From Seinonella peptonophila (GTDB lineage Bacteria > Bacillota > Bacilli > Thermoactinomycetales > Thermoactinomycetaceae): a stretch of DNA of 32,000 nt. A program made the translations under genes and the position numbers. The stretch is taken from assembly GCF_900129355.1 (NCBI RefSeq), contig NZ_FQVL01000008.1:99155-131154 (forward strand). Reading direction: 5' to 3'. A model generated the notes under the pieces. It had not been told where the DNA came from, did not search any database, and saw only the letters and a program-made list of their open reading frames with translations. This document shows, in pieces, positions 28,352-32,000 of this stretch (within the stretch, counting starts at the first letter, position 1; every line of letters starts with the position of its first letter).

Positions 28352-28362
28352 AGGCTAGTTCT
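28331..28362 (+). terminator. Hairpin overlapping the end of the HxlR gene
   Basis: CTAGCCTCTA...TAGAGGCTAGTTCTTC. Confidence 0.5.
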
Positions 28363-28597
28363 TCAATTCTTTTATTCGTCGGACTTCCTACTCCATTTAT
28401 CTGATCATCCACTTGAAAGGTTGCGTTCACGAGTTACGAATGTGCCGATTCATTCCGCTTGTAATCGTTCACAGATCACGCAAGAGAATTACCTATCTTA
28501 ACATATTGAAGTCTTTCCGCTCTCTTATATACCCCACATAGGTATATAAGAGAGCGGAATCATCTTATCTTTTGCGTTAGATGATGAAAGCTGATTC

Positions 28598-29137
28598 TTA
28601 GCGGTATAGGGCTTCGGCAGGTGCCAGAATATGATCAAGATATCGTTTAGCTGCTTCTTTTAGAGCAGCACCCGTTGCTCGATCGGCATTATAAGTGGCA
28701 AAGGCAGGAAGAAAGGTACCATTGCAACGGTTAATCGTCGCCTGGATCGGTCTCAGATACTCGCTTATCGTAAACCAATTTCTTCCACCTGATCGATATT
28801 CGTTTTCGGGACCTCCTGTTGTTGTTGCAACAATAAAATCCTTTCCTTTTAGCGCTTCACCACCAGGGCCAAAAGCCCATCCATAAGTTAAAACTTGATC
28901 AAACCATTCTTTTAAAAGCGGCGGACAGCTATACCAATAGAAAGGAAATTGTAAAACAATCCGATCAACCCCTAGCAACAGTTGTTGCTCACGTTCAATA
29001 TCGATCTTTCCATCTGGATATTCCTCATATAACTTTCGTACTTGAATGGTCGAATGATTGCTCAATTCTTTTGCCATTGCAGAGTTGGCTCGTGAGTCCT
29101 TTAAGTTTGGATGTGCAATGATAACCATCATTTTCAT
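28598..29137 (-). CDS. NAD(P)H-dependent oxidoreductase, flavodoxin-like fold (KefF/MdaB/YwrO type)
   Basis: 'MMVIIAHPNLKDSRANSAMAKELS', 'VLQFPFYWYSCPPLLKEWFDQVLTYGWAFGPGGEALKGKDFIVATTTGG'. Confidence 0.9.
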   Translation of the reverse strand: MKMMVIIAHPNLKDSRANSAMAKELSNHSTIQVRKLYEEYPDGKIDIEREQQLLLGVDRIVLQFPFYWYSCPPLLKEWFDQVLTYGWAFGPGGEALKGKDFIVATTTGGPENEYRSGGRNWFTISEYLRPIQATINRCNGTFLPAFATYNADRATGAALKEAAKRYLDHILAPAEALYR

Positions 29138-29221
29138 AAATCATTTCATCCTTTCAACAAATTGATATTATTATTATGTATGGTTGATAAAAATCAGAGA
29201 AGTACTTAGTTGTTTCTGACC

Positions 29222-29241
29222 TAGTATGCTAGAACATACTA
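29222..29241. promoter_or_regulatory. Candidate operator upstream of the NAD(P)H oxidoreductase gene
   Basis: TAGTATG-CTAGAA-CATACTA perfect inverted repeat. Confidence 0.4.
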
Positions 29242-29580
29242 ATAGCAGCTAGACAAGTACTTTCCCTATGCTTGGAATTTTATGGTCAATCAATCCTATC
29301 AAAACCTTGGCGTCTGAGGAGACTCGAACAGTTTGCTCGAAAGGAAAATGCTGCTTCAGCTGTCATTCCGCTTAGATACGCCGAAATGGAACTTTGCCGA
29401 TCACCTCTTCTTAAATTTCTACTAAAAAAAGTACGAAGTCTGATCGAATGATTATGGTACTTCATTTATAAGAGGATTGTGACTTCTTAACACTTAACAT
29501 TCGACTTTATTGCTATGATTCTCGATTTTGAACAAAAGACACATCTTCATCTTGTCTTGATCCTTTTAGCACTCATTTGA

Positions 29581-31266
29581 CTACGATCCCCCAAGCACAG
29601 CATTTACAATATGATTCAATCGATTTTGATATTCATCTAAGGTCTGTGGAACATGTCCTACAGATGGTTCCAAGATAAATTCCCAATGTAACCCCCTTAT
29701 TTTCGCCTGTTCGACCAAAGCACTCGATTCTGAGTAATCGACGACCTCATCTTGATCACCCTGGATCACTGTAACCGGTATATTTTGATTGATCAGATAA
29801 CGGTCTGGTGAAAATTCAGCATGAAAATCACCAAATCGTTCTTGAAACCAACGCTTATATTGAGGTGACGCTAAACGCTTCACATGTCTTTCCAAGCTGA
29901 CCATTGGTGATACAGCGATAATTCGCTGTAGTTGCGATCGCAATGAGCCTGCTAACAAAGCTAGGCTTGCTCCAAAACTCACTCCATACAAGACCAGCTC
30001 ATTTTCATCCAGACCATAGTGATCGGATAAGTATTCTACTAAGGCATCGATCTCTTCACCAAAGCATTTCTTCCATTTTTTCCATGGCCGTTTCTTATGC
30101 ATCATACCTAGCTGAGAAGACCCTGAATAATTTAGTACAACTACCATCCAACCCGCTTTTAACATCACTCGGTACAAACCTAAATACCGAAGCTCATCAT
30201 ACTCACACGACTCAGGGCCTCCATGTAGAGAGACCATACATCCTTTGATCTGTTCATGTGGTGTGTAGACTAAGAGATGGAGAGATGAGACAATATGCCG
30301 ATCACCGATACACGTATCTTTTATAAAGCCAGGTAACTTTGTTATTTTCTGTTCTTGTGATATCAGAAGCCACTCCGTGCCATTTAATAAACTTTCTTTT
30401 TCAAGCAAAACATGGTGGTTAAATCGATTGGAAATGCGCACACTTCCCTGCATATCAATCGGTTCACTTTTAGTACCATCTAATTCAATATACTGAATAA
30501 AATGATTTCCATTTTGATTAAGAATAACCAGCAATTGCTCATCTTTCATCCATGCCGCATCGACAACAGCATTATTCGTGCAAATGGTTGAGATCATTTT
30601 TTGATCTAATGTATTGAGAATCTTTAATTCAGACCCTTGCTCTAACTCATGCTCAAGACAGAAATAATCCCGATTACTACATAAATAACGATCCTTGATC
30701 ACCACTTCTTTAGCATGAAAAGGAAGTGAGACAACAAGTTCAGATGAATCAGGGGTGCGATCACGAAGCGACAACAGAATTTGACGATTCCGGTGATAAT
30801 ACACTATGTTTTCATATCCTCCTCTTATCCGCTTCCATGCTTTACCATAGATTTGTAAAGAGAAAATTTCATTTCTGTTTGCTTGCGTTTGAACTACCAC
30901 ACAAATATATGTTGGATCATCTGCTGCTAGACAAGCATCGACCAATAATTCGATTTCAGAGGGCATCTGATAGCTTGCTGTTACTCGCCAGCTTCCGTCC
31001 ATATTCATTTCCTTTATTTGAACAATACGTTGATCAAGAACCGATATCATGATCAAAATGGGACGATTATCTGGAAATAATAGTGCTTGATCTTCTTCAG
31101 TCAATACATAGATTGTATCCAAACGACAAGTAGCTCTATGATAAATAACGACTGCTAAAGGCTCCATATATTGGATCAATACGGGATTTTGGTCGGCATC
31201 GAATCCGACCAAACGATGGAGATAGTGCTGATAAATCTCATGAAATACTTTTTCTTGCTTTCTCAT
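29581..31266 (-). CDS. Alpha/beta hydrolase, prolyl oligopeptidase (S9)-like
   Basis: N-terminal beta-propeller-like region, then 'SLHGGPESCEYDELRY', nucleophile 'YGVSFGAS', 'VIQGDQDEVVD', 'PSVGHVP'. Confidence 0.85.
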   Translation of the reverse strand: MRKQEKVFHEIYQHYLHRLVGFDADQNPVLIQYMEPLAVVIYHRATCRLDTIYVLTEEDQALLFPDNRPILIMISVLDQRIVQIKEMNMDGSWRVTASYQMPSEIELLVDACLAADDPTYICVVVQTQANRNEIFSLQIYGKAWKRIRGGYENIVYYHRNRQILLSLRDRTPDSSELVVSLPFHAKEVVIKDRYLCSNRDYFCLEHELEQGSELKILNTLDQKMISTICTNNAVVDAAWMKDEQLLVILNQNGNHFIQYIELDGTKSEPIDMQGSVRISNRFNHHVLLEKESLLNGTEWLLISQEQKITKLPGFIKDTCIGDRHIVSSLHLLVYTPHEQIKGCMVSLHGGPESCEYDELRYLGLYRVMLKAGWMVVVLNYSGSSQLGMMHKKRPWKKWKKCFGEEIDALVEYLSDHYGLDENELVLYGVSFGASLALLAGSLRSQLQRIIAVSPMVSLERHVKRLASPQYKRWFQERFGDFHAEFSPDRYLINQNIPVTVIQGDQDEVVDYSESSALVEQAKIRGLHWEFILEPSVGHVPQTLDEYQNRLNHIVNAVLGGS

Positions 31267-32000
31267 CTATAGCACCTTCTTTACTTGAGCGATTCACAGA
31301 TTGAACGAGGGTGTAAAACAGAGGAAATAGTACTGAGTTGAGAATCGTAATCCCCCCGCTCACGAACAAAGCATAGTGAGTATGTAGCTGAAATAACCAG
31401 CCACCCAATGATCCACCTAAGGCATCACCTATAAAAAATGCCGATTGAAGAAGTCCAAAGAAAAAACCAACCAAATGACTAGGGAATAGTGATAACTGGA
31501 TCAACTCTTCACATATCACCGAAATCGTGAGTAAAAAAGACCGTAGCAGGAAAGCAAAGACAACCATAATAGCAGGTAGTTGATAAGTAAGCATCAACAC
31601 AAGCATACCTGTGATCAATTCTGCAAAAAAGAAATAAGCCACCTTGTGTTGATTGAATTTTTTATTACTAAAAAAAGGGGCGCTAATTGCCCTTATGATA
31701 CTCGTAGCGGCGATGATGATCCCCAAAGCAGCTATGTTAAAACCTTGCTCCTTTAAAATAATCGGCAAAAATGGAGCAAGCATACTAACAGACAGACCAG
31801 ACATCATACCAAAGAACACCACACCTGTTGAGATCAATAAATGATCTTGCCATCGACCTTTTTGCTTATCCTGTTTCTCCACATTTCTAGTCTGCATGTT
31901 AGGGACTAAAAATGCAGTGAATCCACATAAAATGGCAGACAAAACAAGGACTGTTGGATATGAAAAGGATGGTGCTCCTAAGATCATGGCCAGAAAGCCT
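31238..32000 (-). CDS. MFS transporter, N-terminal part beyond window edge
   Basis: 'LLISTGVVFFGMMSGLSVSMLAPFLPIILKEQGFNIAALGIIIAA'; frame stays open upstream of 31987 to the window end (..GFLA-MILGAP..). Confidence 0.75.
   Translation of the reverse strand, partial: GFLAMILGAPSFSYPTVLVLSAILCGFTAFLVPNMQTRNVEKQDKQKGRWQDHLLISTGVVFFGMMSGLSVSMLAPFLPIILKEQGFNIAALGIIIAATSIIRAISAPFFSNKKFNQHKVAYFFFAELITGMLVLMLTYQLPAIMVVFAFLLRSFLLTISVICEELIQLSLFPSHLVGFFFGLLQSAFFIGDALGGSLGGWLFQLHTHYALFVSGGITILNSVLFPLFYTLVQSVNRSSKEGAIDEKARKSIS

Noticed and set aside
29222-29260. Additional AAGTACTT repeats around the operator candidate
   Set aside because: They are short palindromic words expected by chance in AT-rich DNA; only the longer TAGTATG dyad is retained.
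1-32000. CRISPR array, tRNA/rRNA, toxin-antitoxin pair, anti-phage defence operon
   Set aside because: Scanning by eye showed no regularly spaced repeats, no cas-like, restriction or recognisable defence domains, and no tRNA-like cloverleaf or rRNA sequence.

Overview
This 32 kb window reads as Firmicutes-type (Bacillales-like) chromosome. Calls are based on reading the supplied translations and nucleotides; no database search was run. Main content: (1) a lone ABC exporter (395-2341, -) and a group I truncated hemoglobin (-). (2) A methionine-salvage locus: mtnE, then a SAM-I riboswitch with a terminator, then mtnW-mtnX-mtnB-mtnD. (3) A DHA1-type MFS efflux pump. (4) A reduced 'yhf' operon (yhfZ-yhfY-yhfX-yhfW-yhfU-yhfT, -), divergent from a PTS amino-sugar-type operon (EIICB, nanE, RpiR regulator, EIIA). 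(5) A MerR regulator with a MerR-type promoter ahead of an SDR gene. (6) An NmrA/HxlR divergent pair, a DUF1259-like gene, a decayed SDR pseudogene, a small secreted protein, another HxlR regulator and an NAD(P)H oxidoreductase. (7) An S9-type hydrolase and an MFS transporter cut by the window edge. The best candidates for something under-described are the yhf/PTS neighbourhood with its stand-alone PRD protein, an orphan structured small-RNA candidate at about 8985-9113, and several very short ORFs below the 60-aa ORF-track cutoff, notably a two-CxxC micro-protein at 21684-21779 (-) and a 36-aa ORF ahead of the ABC exporter. No CRISPR array, tRNA, rRNA or intact transposon was recognised.
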